DNA from: Aliivibrio fischeri ES114
GTDB taxonomy: Bacteria; Pseudomonadota; Gammaproteobacteria; Enterobacterales; Vibrionaceae
NCBI RefSeq assembly: GCF_000011805.1
Contig: NC_006840.2
DNA length: 32,000 bases
Strand: one strand, 5' to 3'
Both the position numbers and the translations under genes were made by a program. Shown here in pieces: positions 29,999-32,000 of this stretch. How positions within the stretch are numbered: position 1 is the first letter of the stretch; each line of letters begins with the position of its first letter. A model generated the notes under the pieces. The model was not told the DNA's origin, searched no databases, and was given only the letters and a program-made list of their open reading frames with translations.

Positions 29999-31240
29999 CT
30001 ATACTGTTTCTGTTTCAGAGATCGATTTTTTGTTAATCATTGGGTTTAGTAATAGGTAGCTAATCGCTCCGCCTAATACAGCGTTTACAGGAACAACGCC
30101 CGGTAAGAATTTACCAGCGGCAACACCAATGGCTACTGCGATAATACCTGCCCAGTTAATGGTTTGGAATGCTGCGTTATCAAAATTCATGTAGCGTTTA
30201 CGGTTACTAAAGAAGTCCGCAATGATAACACCACCAATAGGTGGAATCGCTAAAGATAAGAACGTTAACCAACCTACAAAGTTATTGTATAGCCAAAGTG
30301 CACAAACAGTACCAATTAGACCATTTAGCATAGAAACATATTTACTCGGTAAGCCAGTAATATTTGAAAAACCAAGCCCAGACGCGTATAGCGCATTGTC
30401 GTTTGTCGTCCAAATATTTAGGCCTAATACGATAATTGCAGGTATTAATAGCCCTTGTGCAATCATCACTTCTGAAATATCAGACTGACCAGTAACAGAA
30501 GCGCCAGCGGCACCAAAGATGAACATTAAAGAGTTACCGATAAAGAAAGCAATCATTGTGATAGCAACTGCACCCATTGGTTTTTTGCCAAAGCGGACGA
30601 AGTCAGCTGTTAATGTTCCGGCACTTACAAAAGAACCAACAACCATGGCAAGAGCAACCGAAAAGTCCATAGGTTCTGCAGGTTGAATCTTTTGAAGCTC
30701 AGCAATACCACCAATACTATCAACAGCACTAAATACTGAGAATCCACCTAAAATGGCAATCGCAGGCACTGCAACCATAGATAAAACCATTAAAGCAGAT
30801 ATACCGAAGTAAACAGTGACGGTCATTAATAGACCAGAGATAACAATAAGAGCGTTGGTATCTATGCCTGTGGCTTTTTGCACTGGGATAGCAAACATTG
30901 CAACACCAACACCAAACCAACCAACTTGAGTACCACCGAGAAGTAGAGAGGGAAGCCAAGAGCCTTTAGAGCCAAAAGAAAAACGAGCGAGGAGGTGAGT
31001 AGAGAGACCAGTTGAAGCGCCGATGTAACCAAGAAAAGAAGTGTAAATGCCGAGGATTAAATTACCAATAAGAACAGCGAGGAAGAAATCATTAAAAGAA
31101 AGTCCGGTCCCAAGTGAACCGCCTGTCCACATACTTGCCGAGAAAAATGTGAGTCCTAACATAACTAAAGTTAAGGAAACGACGCCTTTTCTGGCTGTCT
31201 TAGGTACTGGCCCTAAGCTGTAATCATTGTCGTGAGACAT
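29999..31240 (-). CDS. codB: Cytosine permease (NCS1 family)
   Basis: [64 protein letters not shown]; immediately upstream of codA with gaggattgcatATG RBS; the first two residues in the track start from TTG at 31246. Confidence 0.95.
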   Translation of the reverse strand: MSHDNDYSLGPVPKTARKGVVSLTLVMLGLTFFSASMWTGGSLGTGLSFNDFFLAVLIGNLILGIYTSFLGYIGASTGLSTHLLARFSFGSKGSWLPSLLLGGTQVGWFGVGVAMFAIPVQKATGIDTNALIVISGLLMTVTVYFGISALMVLSMVAVPAIAILGGFSVFSAVDSIGGIAELQKIQPAEPMDFSVALAMVVGSFVSAGTLTADFVRFGKKPMGAVAITMIAFFIGNSLMFIFGAAGASVTGQSDISEVMIAQGLLIPAIIVLGLNIWTTNDNALYASGLGFSNITGLPSKYVSMLNGLIGTVCALWLYNNFVGWLTFLSLAIPPIGGVIIADFFSNRKRYMNFDNAAFQTINWAGIIAVAIGVAAGKFLPGVVPVNAVLGGAISYLLLNPMINKKSISETETV

Positions 31241-31262
31241 ATGCAATCCTCGTCTGTATTGA

Positions 31263-31503
31263 ATGTATTTTGGTCAAGTTTTTGACAAACGGACGAGAGT
31301 CTAAAGAAAATTATATTATTGTCAATAATGTAATCTTTGTTTTTGTTTTGTTTTAGATGGTTTTTTATTTATCTATCTGTATTTTAAGTGTTTATTTGCT
31401 TTGTTTTTTTAGTTATGTTTTTTTGTTAAACGGTTGCTTTGTTTCTTATTTTGCAGGAAATAGATTGTTGGATCTATTTTCTGGTTTTTATAAATAAAAG
31501 GTG
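31263..31503. repeat. Direct repeat copy 1 (codB upstream region)
   Basis: atgtattttggtcaagtttttgacaaacgg ... ctggtttttataaataaaaggtg; identical to 31761-32000 except for one extra T in the aaaattatatt tract. Confidence 0.97.
31425..31440. promoter_or_regulatory. PurR-box-like sequence upstream of codB (second copy at 31922-31937)
   Basis: gttaaacggttgcttt resembles the PurR operator core (AAACG/NTTGC). Confidence 0.4.
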
Positions 31504-31594
31504 GTGTGATATTTTTAATTTTGGTTATATTTGAGTTCTGAGAGTGGAAAAATCAATAGTAATCATAAAAATTATATCTTTTAGATAAAACAAA

Positions 31595-31625
31595 AACCTC
31601 AAAGTATTACTTTTGAGGCTTTTGT
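31595..31625 (-). terminator. Terminator-like hairpin between the two repeat copies
   Basis: cctcaaagtatt-acttttgagg with A-rich left flank (T-rich tail on the minus strand) and T-rich right flank. Confidence 0.6.
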
Positions 31626-31760
31626 CGTTTTTATTTCATTAATATCTATTTTTTGATTGTTAAGTGTGGGGTTTTATCCGATTACTCCCAGATTATTTTT
31701 TTATCTTGAGGCCAGTTAGATGCAAAATCATGATACTTTTTCTCTAGTACGTGGCGTTTT

Positions 31761-32000
31761 ATGTATTTTGGTCAAGTTTTTGACAAACGGACGAGAGTCT
31801 AAAGAAAATATATTATTGTCAATAATGTAATCTTTGTTTTTGTTTTGTTTTAGATGGTTTTTTATTTATCTATCTGTATTTTAAGTGTTTATTTGCTTTG
31901 TTTTTTTAGTTATGTTTTTTTGTTAAACGGTTGCTTTGTTTCTTATTTTGCAGGAAATAGATTGTTGGATCTATTTTCTGGTTTTTATAAATAAAAGGTG
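31761..32000. repeat. Direct repeat copy 2, running off the window end
   Basis: See copy 1; offset 498 bp at the left end and 497 bp at the right end. Confidence 0.97.

Noticed and set aside
31263-32000. Considered an IS element or CRISPR array for the right-edge repeat
   Set aside because: No transposase ORF, no terminal inverted repeats at the copy boundaries, and only two long copies with no short regularly spaced repeats.

Overview
The window looks chromosomal from a Vibrio/Aliivibrio-type gammaproteobacterium. From left to right it holds: the 3' end of a nupC-type nucleoside transporter; a small xapX-domain gene missing from the ORF track; the deoC-deoA-deoB-deoD nucleoside catabolism genes; ytjB/smp (minus strand, although the track labels it plus) divergent from serB; a 12-gene flp/tad-type pilus locus (flp, tadV/cpaA, rcpC/cpaB, rcpA/cpaC, a small lipoprotein, tadZ, tadA, tadB, tadC, tadD, tadE, tadF, tadG) ending in an OmpA-domain gene; a convergent leftward operon with one OmpR/PhoP-type regulator and two tandem paralogous PhoQ-like kinases; a 781-aa double-PilZ protein; radA; a second-type EF-G; a VF530-family gene; and codA-codB. 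The main observations are: (1) a tad+OmpA+two-kinase block of about 14.7 kb sitting between serB and the PilZ/radA genes, which I recall as near neighbours in relatives; (2) two paralogous kinases whose H-box lacks the usual proline, one with almost no periplasmic sensor; (3) a near-perfect ~240-bp direct repeat (period 497/498 bp) at the right edge that duplicates the codB upstream region, including a PurR-box-like sequence, and that surrounds what looks like a truncated gene 3' end plus its terminator; (4) several unexplained hairpins and palindromes in the deo and flp leaders. I found no CRISPR array, rRNA/tRNA, transposase or phage genes, and no gene set that clearly forms a completely new system.
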